Below are positions 1-9,604 of a DNA stretch of 64,000 nucleotides, piece after piece (the stretch's first letter is position 1; the number at the start of each line of letters is the position of its first letter). The notes under the pieces are model-generated. The model saw nothing but the letters and a program-made list of their open reading frames with translations, searched no databases and was not told the origin of the DNA. The stretch is from contig CAWJTV010000018.1 of assembly GCA_963845755.1 (NCBI GenBank), forward strand, positions 1 through 64,000, in the 5' to 3' direction. The position numbers were made by a program, and so were the translations under genes. This DNA is from an uncultured Planctomycetota bacterium. Its GTDB lineage: Bacteria > Planctomycetota > Planctomycetia > Isosphaerales > Isosphaeraceae.

Positions 1-713
1 CCCACAATCATGTGTTCGACTATCAGGCAAATCGTGACTTCTATCGAGCCGCAAACTTTGACGTTCTCGAACTGAGTAACGACGAGTTCGAGAACGTCAT
101 CCCAGACCTTTTGCGATCAGACTTATCATCGGAAGGGAATTATAAAGATCGTATTTGCATCGATATATCAAGCCTTTCTCGTCTTAGAATCGCCCATGTT
201 ATCTCATCCTGCTGTGATATAGTGAGCAGACATGGCATCGAAGTAGATTTCATCTACTCCGGCGCAGAGTTTTCGCAGCCGGCCGACGTTCTTGAGCTGA
301 ACGTATCGTCGGGGCCTGTAACTCCGTATTTCGGCCGGATGGTCGGATCAACCCGACAACCCTGCTGCGGTGATCATCGGCCTGGGTTACGAGACGGATC
401 GAGCGATCGGAGGCTGTCGAGTATATCGAGCCGGCAGAGATCTGGGCTTTGGGCCGTCCGACCACGAGGTGGAATACACCAAGGCCATCCGCACCGCCAA
501 CGCTCAACTGCTTGAGTATCTTCGTGAGGATCGTCAATGGGGGTATGCTCTCTATCGCCCATACGAATGTTTTCACATGCTGGAATCTCTCGCCTATGGA
601 TTACTCCGAACCAGGCGACCCGTAATACTGCCGTTCGGGCCCAAGTTATTTATGCTAAACAGCCTTCTCGTCGCTTCGGTCCACCCTGAGGTCGCTGTTT
701 GGAGGTTTAGCCC

Positions 714-2198
714 CAATACCGTTTAAGGAAGCATAACCACTGTCTCTGCAAAGGTTTTCTTCAAGGGCGGAATGTGTCGATGTTTGGATCGTTTCTTTTT
801 CCACTTGGACATTTTAACGCTTGATCACTCGCGGATTGATCCGGTTCCTCCGCATTTCGTCATCGGTGCGCTCCCCCTGCATCTCCCACAACAATCCCTG
901 GTACCACTCCTCGAACGCCTCGGGGGTCGAGCTGTTGCATTCTGGCAACCGGCACTTGAGGATCTGGAAGCACCCCAGAAACGACAGCCGATCCGGGTCC
1001 AGCCCCACGGTCCCGGCCGCCGGCAACCATCAAGGCTCGGATCACGAAATGACCCAGCGACAGCGCAAGATCTCCTGGATCACCCCCGCCGGGGTCTCGC
1101 TTCGCATCTGTGCCGGCTTGGTCGCCCGCCGCGGATCATGATGGGTCTTTTGCTCATCATAGACCAACTCCTGTTCCCATCTCTCGTGATAAAGAATAAT
1201 CAATTCTTCAGCAGGATAAAGCTCCGCGTCAAGGAGATTCGTGATCAGCACATGAGTTTCACCGTGTCCGACTCGTTGCGGGTCGTCCAGTGTATAGCGG
1301 ATCACCCGGACGACGATCCAATCCCGATCGATCTGACGGTCGTAGCAACCCCGATAAATCTTGGCCAGGTACGAGCCATCCGCCAGGTTTTGGATCGACT
1401 TGAGGATCAAGCCGCTTTTCACGCGTGCCAACAGCTGGACGCCCCGCAACATCGCCGTTTTCCAGTGGTCATAGCTGAAAACCCGCGATCCTCCAACAGG
1501 AGCATCTCCGGAGTCAGATGGCGGAGCAAGCCGCCGACCATCGACGGTTCGCCGTGGCGATCGACCGGACCACGAAGGCCAGTTCGATGTGGGTCCCCAA
1601 TTCGACCAGGCTCAGCTTGCGGACTTGGGGGAACGCGCCGTCGCCGCGGCCCGGCCGAGGGGCGCGAAGGCCGCGGCGTTGGCCTCCGAGTCGGGGACAT
1701 CGTAGACGGTCCCATCGATGCCGACCAGGCGGAACCCGCGGTAGAAGGCTCCGGGCGTATCGGGCCGGGCCAGAGGATGAACGACGTGCTCGAACAGGTG
1801 GCGGACCGGCGCGATGCCCAGGCGTTGCCGGGCCACACACAGGCTGGATCGATGGGGACTCTCCTCGCCGACTCGGAGCCGGCGTGCATGCTTGAAGACT
1901 TGGCGGATCGGCAAGTCGGTCAACAGCCCCATGGCCAGGACCACCCAGCAAACAATCTCGTGGGTCAGTGTGCAACGTCGTTGATTGGTTTTACCGGTGG
2001 CCGCGAGGACTTGGCGAACGGCCTCGGGCGAGATAATCTGTTCCAGTCCCGCCAAGCGATCCAAGATCCGGCCCGACGCATCGGGCGGCAGCGTGCAATG
2101 TCCGTGCGGCATGCGAGTCATGGCCTCCGTGTTGCTTGGGTCGTGAGTAAACCCAAAGTAACAGGAGGCTGTGGCTTGCGCCTATTTCAACGGTATTG
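714..2198 (-). mobile_element. IS4-family insertion sequence (1485 bp) with TIRs and a 10-bp target-site duplication
   Basis: TIRs CAATACCGTT (714-723) and AACGGTATTG (2189-2198). Direct repeat GGTTTAGCCC at 704-713 and 2199-2208. The empty site is visible in the duplicate copy near 2939-2948. Confidence 0.95.
723..2121 (-). CDS. IS4-family DDE transposase (frameshifted)
   Basis: Fragments 1612..2121 (LVGIDGT), 1042..1452 (LITNL...YHERWEQE) and 814..1026 (RRNRINPRVIKR); stop at 723-725. Confidence 0.9.
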
Positions 2199-2371
2199 GG
2201 TTTAGCCCTGGAGACTTCGAAGTTCCCGTCAATCGCATTCCCAATGGTCGTGTTGCTGCGCTGCGGGCATTTTCTCGCCCAAGATTCCTACGAATGACAT
2301 CGACTAGTTTTCGCTTTCAGCGGGAGCCATACATGACTTGAGACCTCCAGATTCGGTAATCTTTACTGGAC

Positions 2372-2626
2372 GAACGGAAAAACGGGGACATACGGAAAAA
2401 CGTACGGAAAAACGGGGACAGTACGGAAAGACGGGGACATAGTGCATATCGACAATTATACGACGCCGTTAACGATATTAGCACATCACGGAAAAACGGG
2501 GACATACACGGAAAGACGGGGACATAGGCGCATATCGACAATTATACGACGCCGCCGATGATATTAGCACATCTATCGATACGCCCTTTGTCCCCGTTTC
2601 GCCCTTTGTCCCCGTTTCGCCCTTTG
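2372..2626. repeat. Stuttered inverted-arm element (ACGGAAAAACGGGGACAT... / ...TGTCCCCGTTTCGCCCT), copy A
   Basis: Repeated partial left arms and right arms around a short AT-rich core (CATATCGACAATTATACGACGCC...), which is itself duplicated. Confidence 0.8.
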
Positions 2627-3112
2627 GAGAACAAGCAGCGTGGCGAGTGGGTGGGTTACTCTTATGGAAAGTGCTGTGCGTTCGAGCCTCGCTACGGGTT
2701 GTGTTCGCCTACCGGCGCGAGCCTGCTGAGGGCTCGCAGTTGGTTGCCTGCCTGGCCGAGGAGGATCGTCAATGGGGGTATGCTCTCTATCGCCCATACG
2801 AATGTTTTCACATGCTGGAATCTCTCGCCTATGGATTACTCCGAACCAGGCGACCCGTAATACTGCCGTTCGGGCCCAAGTTATTTATGCTAAACAGCCT
2901 TCTCGTCGCTTCGGTCCACCCTGAGGTCGCTGTTTGGAGGTTTAGCCCTGGAGACTTCGAAGTTCCCGTCAATCGCATTCCCAATGGTCGTGTTGCTGCG
3001 CTGCGGGCATCTTTCTCGCCCAAGATTCCTACGAATGACATCGACTAGTTTTCGCTTTCAGCGGGAGCCATACATGACTTGAGACCTCCAGATTCGGTAA
3101 TCTTTACTGGAC

Positions 3113-3368
3113 GAACGGAAAAACGGGGACATACGGAAAAACGTACGGAAAAACGGGGACAGTACGGAAAGACGGGGACATAGCGCATATCGACAATTAT
3201 ACGACGCCGTTGACGATATTAGCACATCACGGAAAAACGGGGACATACACGGAAAGACGGGGACATAGCGCATATCGACAATTATACGACGCCGCCGATG
3301 ATATTAGCACATCTATCGATACGCACTATGTGCGCCCCGTTTCGCCCTTTGTCCCCGTTTCGCCCTTT
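3113..3368. repeat. Stuttered inverted-arm element, copy B
   Basis: Left arm GGGGACATAGCGCATATCGA is inverted with right arm TCGATACGCACTATGTGCGCCCC; outer ends are stuttered. Confidence 0.8.
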
Positions 3369-3659
3369 GGAGAACAAGCAGCGTGGCGAGTGGGTGGGTT
3401 ACTCTTATGGAAAGTGCTGTGCGTTCGAGCCTCGCTACGGGTTGTGTTCGCCTACCGGCGCGAGCCTGCTGAGGGCTCGCAGTTGGTTGCCTGCCTGGCC
3501 GAGGAGGTCGTGGCCAGCCTGACTACCGAGCAGCGACTGGCGACCCCTGGCGAAACGCTGATCGTGGTGGGCCACCGGGGTGAGGCCGAGACCTTCCCCT
3601 ATGGCTATTTCCGCGCGTGGCGACTGGAAACGAACACCGGACAGTTTGAACGGGTCTGA
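3369..3659 (+). pseudogene. 5'-truncated hypothetical protein fragment (…YSLWKVLCVRASLRVVFAYR…FPYGYFRAWRL…)
   Basis: Protein-like frame begins abruptly at the right arm of the repeat; no start codon or RBS. Confidence 0.5.
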
Positions 3660-3723
3660 GGAATCGTAGAATGACAGCGAGTCTCGGGATATCCTCGTGG
3701 CGGATGTTGCAAGGGAGGACGTC

Positions 3724-4032
3724 ATGGCTGTCGTGACGATGGAGTTGCCGGAAGGGACCTTCTCCGGCCTGAGTCAGACCCCCGAGGGTTTCTTCCGGGA
3801 GATGCGTCTGGCGGCGGCGATCTTCTGGTACGCGCGCGGGGAGATCTCTCAGGGAAAAGGGGCTGAAATCGCCGGACTCAGCCGACGGGGGTTCATCGAG
3901 GCGCTTAGCCGTGCCGAGGTGGACGCGATCCAGATCGATGAAGACGCGTTAAAGAACGAGGTCGAGCGTGATCTCCAGGCGCGTCGTGAACGCCTCGCCG
4001 CTGATCGACCTGAAGCGCGTCGGACTCCTTGA
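3724..4032 (+). CDS. UPF0175-family protein (putative antitoxin)
   Basis: EMRLAAAIFWYARGEISQGKGAEIAGLSRRGF motif; overlaps the downstream PIN-like gene. Confidence 0.85.
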   Translation: MAVVTMELPEGTFSGLSQTPEGFFREMRLAAAIFWYARGEISQGKGAEIAGLSRRGFIEALSRAEVDAIQIDEDALKNEVERDLQARRERLAADRPEARRTP

Positions 4033-4315
4033 GGTGCTGAACGAGCCCGGAATGCCTGTCGTCGTCCCCGACACGGTCGTGGCTGAGATCGGAGCACATG
4101 GCGCGACCGATCCAGCGGTGATCGCCGTCGGTGCTGCATCCTGGATTCAGGTCGTGCCAGCCCCGATCATCCCCAAGCCGGTTGCCGATTGGAGCCTCGA
4201 TGCCGGCGAATCCGCCGTGTTGGCTCTCGCCCGGATGGAGCAGCCCGGATCTCAGGCCATCCTGGGGAGGTCGTGGGGAGGTCGGGGTCAGACCAAGGTT
4301 CCAGTTATATCGTAA
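3968..4315 (+). pseudogene. DUF3368-family PIN-domain toxin, 3'-truncated at ~4263
   Basis: VVNASPLI and LDAGESAVLALA motifs. Homology stops at ...QAIL, where the expected acidic motif should follow; a stuttered GGGGAGGTCG/GGGGTCAGACC arm begins there instead. Confidence 0.8.
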
Positions 4316-4391
4316 GACGGCCACGGTGAGATTGTACTGACAAGGGGCTCGCACGGCCACTCCGTGCAGAAGAAATACAGAAGCCGAAGCC

Positions 4392-4802
4392 TCAGCTCGG
4401 GACACCGGACTCGAGGTAGTAGATCATGTTCCAGAGGCGGTCGATCTCGCCCCGCTCGATTACCTCGAGGGGCTTGAGACCCCCAAACGCCTCATTCGGT
4501 GTGTCGAGCCAGTTGGGGATCTCCTCAGGCCGGACGACCTCGGCAAGCTTCGCCTGGAACCGCTCGGTCTCGCGGATGCGCCGGAGCCCCGGTTCGTCGG
4601 GCTTCCCTCCCGCCTCCCAACTCGCGATGGCGCGCTCGGAATAACCGGTCAGGCGTGAGAAGAGCTTCCGGGTGAGGCCAAGACTCCGCCGGACTTCCTC
4701 CACTGCCGACGTATCCTTCGAGGCAGACGCCTTCTGCTTCGGGGCGAACTTTCGGACCGGGGGCGTGGTCGGTCTAAACTTCTTCGCGGATCTCGTCGCC
4801 AT
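4392..4802 (-). CDS. Xre-HTH + MbcA/ParS-type (DUF2384) antitoxin
   Basis: HTH (VRRSLGLTRKLFSRLTGYSERAIASWE) plus WLDTPNEAFGGLKPLEVI motif; RBS GAGGAGG. Confidence 0.88.
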   Translation of the reverse strand: MATRSAKKFRPTTPPVRKFAPKQKASASKDTSAVEEVRRSLGLTRKLFSRLTGYSERAIASWEAGGKPDEPGLRRIRETERFQAKLAEVVRPEEIPNWLDTPNEAFGGLKPLEVIERGEIDRLWNMIYYLESGVPS

Positions 4803-4822
4803 GGCTGCTTCCTCCTCAGCCT

Positions 4823-4876
4823 ATTATCCCCTCAGGAGGAAGAAAGGCAAGCGAAACAACATGCAGTTTTGCATGT
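4823..4876 (-). promoter_or_regulatory. Putative sigma70 promoter and palindromic operator upstream of the antitoxin
   Basis: Minus strand TTGCCT (4850-4845), 16-nt spacer, GATAAT (4828-4823). Palindrome ACATGCA-gttt-TGCATGT at 4859-4876. Confidence 0.5.
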
Positions 4877-4887
4877 CGAACAGCCGT

Positions 4888-5478
4888 TTAAGCCTTGCGT
4901 GGTAGTTCGTCTCGGTTCACGATGCGAAGCCAACTCTTCGGGGGGTCGAGGTTCGCGGGGAAGACGATGAGGTTGCTGCCGGCCCTCCGAGCCGCAGACG
5001 GGACGAGGAGGGCTTGGATGTCCAAGTCGTAGGCGAGCCGTCCGATGGCCTGCGTCAGTGCCTCACGGCCCTTCTTCTGCTCCTCGCGCCAGGGCTCGGA
5101 GAGCATCCGCTTCTCCGAGACAAGGAGCAAGCGTCGCACCGCGCCGTCACGGAGGTCGAGGACACGTTCAAGCTCCGCTTCGAGGGCAACGATGACGCGC
5201 GGCATCGCCCTCGATACCGGGAGGCCGTAGTAGCGGAAGTGCTGAAGGGCTTCGGCAACGGCCGTCTCAACGTCGAGACTCGCGTAGACCGTACGGAAGT
5301 CGCCGGGCGGGTTCCAACGGGCGCCTGCGGCCTTACTCCCTGCCCCAATGATGATATCGTCCTTGTTCGCGTACCTCGGCGACGCCGAGCGGAAGAGCTC
5401 CCCCTTCCAGGCGATTGCCCGCGGTAGGCACTTCTCGAGAGCGCGGTGCAGGCGGTCGGTATCGGGGTGGGGCTTCAT
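4888..5478 (-). CDS. RES-domain toxin (MbcT/ParT-like NAD+-targeting family)
   Basis: GARWNPPG...VYASLDVETAVAE...TQAIGRLA...LLVPSA...NLIVF motifs. Confidence 0.9.
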   Translation of the reverse strand: MKPHPDTDRLHRALEKCLPRAIAWKGELFRSASPRYANKDDIIIGAGSKAAGARWNPPGDFRTVYASLDVETAVAEALQHFRYYGLPVSRAMPRVIVALEAELERVLDLRDGAVRRLLLVSEKRMLSEPWREEQKKGREALTQAIGRLAYDLDIQALLVPSAARRAGSNLIVFPANLDPPKSWLRIVNRDELPRKA

Positions 5479-5498
5479 GGGAAGGAAAGGGGAGAAGG

Positions 5499-5755
5499 AA
5501 AGGGGACGGAACGGAATGCCACAAACTTAAGTGGCCTGCTCCATGGCATCGGAAGACAGTTCGTCGGCGAGGTCTTGCCTGAGACGGCCCAGGATAGTGA
5601 CGATACGTAGCGGCACGGGAGGGCTCCTTCGGGGTCTGGATGCCTGGTGACTACCACCAGATTGCCAGGAGCCCCTCTCGTCCTCAAGATACTACGACGT
5701 GTTCAGATGGCGGGGTTTGTGCACTAAGTTCGCGGCATTCCGTTCCGTCCCCTTT
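5499..5755. mobile_element. Internally deleted IS4-like mini-element nested in 13-bp GGGGAC arms
   Basis: 22-bp perfect inverted repeat at 5499-5520 / 5734-5755. Inner ends are AATGCCACAAACTTA / TAAGTTCGCGGCATT. A minus-strand RBS + GTG at 5616 encodes VPLRIVTILGRLRQDLADELS, which resembles an IS4 transposase N-terminus. Confidence 0.65.
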
Positions 5756-6124
5756 TTTCTAGGATGGCAAAGGTGACTTGGATTTGACGTAAGTCGTTAT
5801 TCCTCGGTCGGACCGCCGACCATCGCCAAAGGACTTACGGCGATTCCCAGCGACTTTTGCCATCCTAGTTTTTTTCGCGGTGCCCCACTCGCAGCCCCTC
5901 TTCCATGCCCAACCACGGTCGGGTCGTACCCTCATCGCTCCTTCATTTCGACCTGGTACGCCTTCATACTGCCCCGCGAGGTCAGCGGCAAGGTGCTTGG
6001 CATCATGATCGCTGTCATCATCGATGCCGCCATTCTTCGTTTCCCTCGGTGTGGCGATGCGCCGCACTGGCAACGACCTCTTCCGCCGGGACGCCCACCG
6101 GCATATCGGTTAGGATAGGCTTTC

Positions 6125-6316
6125 TAGAGCGCTTATCAATTGCGTTGCGCACGCCCAGAGCGATGCGAATACACCCCCCGGAACCTCCCCTTCGCAAGGG
6201 GGGGACAGGAAATGGGCCACTCCTCCTCAATTCTCCCCCCCTTGCGAAGGGAGGGTTCCGGGGGGTTCTTTGGGAACCGGATTCGAGTGTGTGCAACCCA
6301 ACTGTGAAGCGCTCTA
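6125..6316. mobile_element. MITE-like element with TA ends and an internal REP-like hairpin
   Basis: TAGAGCGCTT...AAGCGCTCTA termini; internal palindrome CCCCCCGGAACCTCCCCTTCGCAAGGGGGG / CCCCCCTTGCGAAGGGAGGGTTCCGGGGGG. Confidence 0.65.
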
Positions 6317-6359
6317 ACCAGATCAGGAGGACGATCCCTTCCAGCCAGCGAGGCCATCG

Positions 6360-6822
6360 ATGACACCAGGACGAAGGATTCTCCACTTCCCGAATCTCGA
6401 CGAGATCATTCCCGACGTCAACCGGCTGCTCGACGGCCACACGATGGTCGGCCGCTGGTCGCTGGCGGCAGATCTGCCGCCACCTGGCGACCGTGATGCG
6501 CCTGGTGGTGGACCTCCCCGCGTCGACGCCGCACGACGCCTCCGGGTGGGTCGGCTCGGAACAGAAGAGGCAGTTCTTCGAATCGGGCATGGTCCCCGAG
6601 GGGATCCCGACATCGCCGCAGCTCCTGCCCGGCGAGCCGCTCGACGAACGTGAGCAGGCGGCGGGTCTGCGGCGGGCCATCGCCCATTACAAGGCCTCGC
6701 CCGGGCCCGTGGTGCCCCATGTCCTCTTCGGCCCCCTGACCCGGTCGGAATGGGATCGGTTCCACTGCATCCATGCCGCGCACCACCTGAGCTTCGCGGT
6801 CCCGAAGGCGCCCTCTCGTTGA
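6360..6822 (+). CDS. DUF1569-family (DinB-like fold) protein, frameshifted
   Basis: Join of 6360..6653 (GRWSLA) and 6493..6822 (PHVLFGPLTRSEWDRFHCIHAAHHLSF). Confidence 0.8.
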
Positions 6823-6878
6823 CGGGTCAGGGAGGCCGGATCGGATCCGAGGATGCGCCGGGCGAAGCTGGCCCGCCA

Positions 6879-8182
6879 TCAGCCCCCAAACTTGCGGCCC
6901 AGGCGGTTGAGGCACCCCCGCCAGCCCTGCGCGTGAGCATCCTTGTCCGGCTCGTCCCGGAAGCGCTCATGGGTCAATACGAGATCGGTGCCGCCTCTCC
7001 CGGGACGGAATTCGACGGTCACCTGGGTTTCTGGCCAGCCGGGCTTGTAGGGTTCCCAACCCCACGTGTAGCTCAGGGTCCGGGGTGCGTCCACCCGGCT
7101 GTAATGACCGGAAACGAATCGGTAATCCGTCCGACCGGGCAAGAGCATGCCGATGCGATAGCGCCCCCGACCTGGGGGTCGACCTCGCCGATGGTCGGGC
7201 CGAAATCGTCCGAGGGGGCGTACCAGTCGGCCATCTGGTCCGGGTCGATCCACATCGCGAATACCTGCTCGGGCGGGGCGGCGATGTGCATCTCGATGCG
7301 GACCGTCGACTCGGGCGTGCGCGCCAGGTCCGTGATGTCGCGATGCATGAGGCGCGCTTCCTGGTAGCGGCGATCTCGCTCGGGCTCGAGCGCGCGAAGG
7401 ACGATGGGGTCGATGCGAGGATCCGTGGCCGCCTTTCGCGAAGGGGGCACCCGGTCCGGCCCCGGGAGCTCGCGCGCGAGCAGCTCGTAGAAGACGACGC
7501 CTGTGGAGAAGATGTCGGCGCGGTGGTCGACGGCCTCGGGCATCGTGATCTGTTCGGGGGCCATGTAGCGGAGCGTTCCGACCACCCGTCCGTCATCCGG
7601 TCCGCGCACGATCGCCCCGGGGCCGAAGAGCGTGGCCAGGCCGAAATCCACCAACCGCACCCGTCCGCGCGAGTCGACCAGCACGTTCTCGGGCTTGATG
7701 TCCCGGTGGACGACCCCGGCGTCGTGGGCATGCTGGAGGGCCTCGGCGATCTGCGGCACGAGGTCGAGGGCATCGCGCTGGGTGATCGAGCCGTCGGCCA
7801 GGAGCTGCCGCAGGCTGGCCCCCTCGACGTATTCCATCACCAGGCCAAAGAGGTCACCCGCCTTGCAGACGTCGAACACCGTCGCGATGAACGGGTGCCT
7901 CAGCTTCGCGAGCGTTCGCGCCTCGCGCAGGAACCGGTCTTGGAATGCGTCATCGGTCTGGAGGTCGGGCCGGATGACCTTGATGGCGACGAGCCGGTCC
8001 AGGAACGGTTGACGGCCCTTGTAGACGATCCCCATCCCGCCATGCCCCAGCAGCTCCATCACCTCCAGATTGGGGAAGCGCGCGGCCAGCTCCGCGGGCG
8101 TGGGCAGCATGAACCCGGCTGGCGAAAGGAGGGCCGTCTCCTCGCCCCTGGCCGTCGTGGCATCCGCCTCGGAATCTGCCAT
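6879..8182 (-). CDS. Ser/Thr (Hanks) protein kinase fused to a C-terminal SRPBCC/AHSA1-like domain (1 frameshift at ~7166)
   Basis: GHGGMG, VAIK, HRDIKPEN, DFGLA and GTLRYMAPE motifs, then IAAPPEQVFAMW...DPQVGG|RYRIGM...LSYTWGW...GWRGCLNRL. Confidence 0.85.
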
Positions 8183-8452
8183 GGTGCCAGGTCCTCCCCC
8201 TCGTCCGGGCATTCCTGGGTCCTCGTGCCTCACGACCCACGACTGGACATTCTAGCATTGACGTGGCAGGACGTCTTGTCGGGTTTCCGGATCCGTTTGC
8301 GTGCTTCGGTCGGATCGACCGATGCACCTTCGAGAGTCTACTCGCGGCTCGATACCCGTCTGTAGGCGTGTCACTCTCGACTCGTGAACGAGCCATTAAG
8401 AGTGTCAGCCGTCACGCCGCCCTTTTGGGCGGCACCCGAACCGATGAAAAGG

Positions 8453-9489
8453 GCTGCCGCCATGACGCGCGACCTGCTGGATCTGTCCGACTGGCTGACC
8501 AGCCAGGGGGTCACGATCGTCGCGATGGAATCGACCGGTTCCTACGGGAAGCCCGTCTTGAACATCCTGGAGCCGAGCCTTGCCGTGGTCCTGGTCAACG
8601 CCCATCACCTCAAGCAGGTCCCCGGTCGAAAGACCGACGTCAAAGACAGCGAGTGGATCGCCCAACTCCTTCAGCATGGGCTGTTGCGCCCAGCTTCATC
8701 CCGCCGCGACCGACCCGCGAGCTGCGGGATCTGACGCGACAGCGGACCCAACTGATCGGCGAGGAGGCCGCGGTGGCCAACCGGATTCCGAAGGTCCTGG
8801 AGGATGCCAACCTCAAGCTGGGGTCGGTCGCCTCCAACGTCCTGGGCGTTTCCGGCCGGGACCTGATCGAGGCGGTGATCCGGGGCGAATCCGATCCGGT
8901 GAAGCTCGCCGAGCTGGCACGGCGGCGACGGCGATCGAAGAGCCCGCAGCTCCAGCAGGCGCTGCGGGGCTCGGTGACGGAACACCACCGCTTCCTGCTG
9001 CGGTCGCTGATGGACCACCGGTCGCACTTGGAGCGACTGATCGCCCGTTATGACCAACGGATCGACGAGGCCCTGCGCCCTTTCGAGGCGGAAGTCCGCC
9101 GGTTGCTGACGATCCCGGGGGTCGCTCTCCGGGTCGCTGAAGTGGTCCTGGCGGAGATCGGGCTGGACATGTCCCGCTTCCCGACGGCTGGTCACCTCTC
9201 GTCGTGGGCGGGTCTGGCCCGTGGCAATGATCAGAGCGCCGGTAAGCGGCGCAGGGGTCGGACGACGCCGGGCAACCGCTGGTTGAAGACGGCGTCGGTG
9301 CAGGCGGCTTGGGCGGCGTACCGGGCCCAGGGAACGCACCTGTCGCGGAAGTTCCGCCGGATTGCGGGCCGTCGCGGCAAGAAGCGTGCGGCGGTCGCGG
9401 TGGCGCATACGCTCCTCGTGATCATCGACCACCTGCTCAAGGAGCAGACCAACGACCAGGAGGTCATGGGGGAGAACGAAGCGGCCTGA
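8453..9489 (+). pseudogene. IS110-family transposase/recombinase, 5'-truncated and frameshifted
   Basis: MESTG, NAHHLKQVPGRKTDVKDSEW, LLTIPGV, AEIGLDMSRFPT and GNDQSAGK motifs. The N-terminal GLDVHK-type segment is absent. The element probably ends near TTTTCAGAGCA (~9599). Confidence 0.88.
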
Positions 9490-9604
9490 TCGGCCGACGT
9501 CAGCATGGTCCCTGAGCTCGTCCCGGCCCTGCGGGCGCGGACGACGGCGTTCGTTGTCCGCGCTCGTGTGAACCGGCGTCTCCATTTGTTTTCAGAGCAG
9601 ATCA

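Larger units (their letters stand above)
12..2307 (+). pseudogene. Conserved hypothetical alpha/beta protein (IDISS...LGYE...LPFGPK motifs; possibly CARF-like/defence-associated), interrupted by IS4 at 714-2198
   Basis: ORFs 12..515 and 370..726 join into one protein across small frameshifts. The C-terminus (GDFEVPVNRIPNG...) resumes at 2209 after the IS, and the duplicate copy at 2761-3048 shows the uninterrupted 3' end. GC is visibly lower than the rest of the window, and the gene may start upstream of the window. Confidence 0.7.
526..3507. repeat. ~740-bp tandem duplication (copy A 526-713 + 2209-2764, carrying the IS4; copy B 2761-3507)
   Basis: Near-identical sequence in both copies, with 4-bp GAGG microhomology at the junction (2761-2764). 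A few SNP/indel differences, mostly in the stuttered repeat. Confidence 0.9.

Noticed and set aside
772..2205. 477-aa plus-strand ORF
   Set aside because: Antisense shadow of the IS4 transposase; no recognisable motifs.
2372..3368. CRISPR-like array
   Set aside because: The units are irregular, the 'spacers' are near-identical copies, the arms are inverted, and there are no cas genes in the window.
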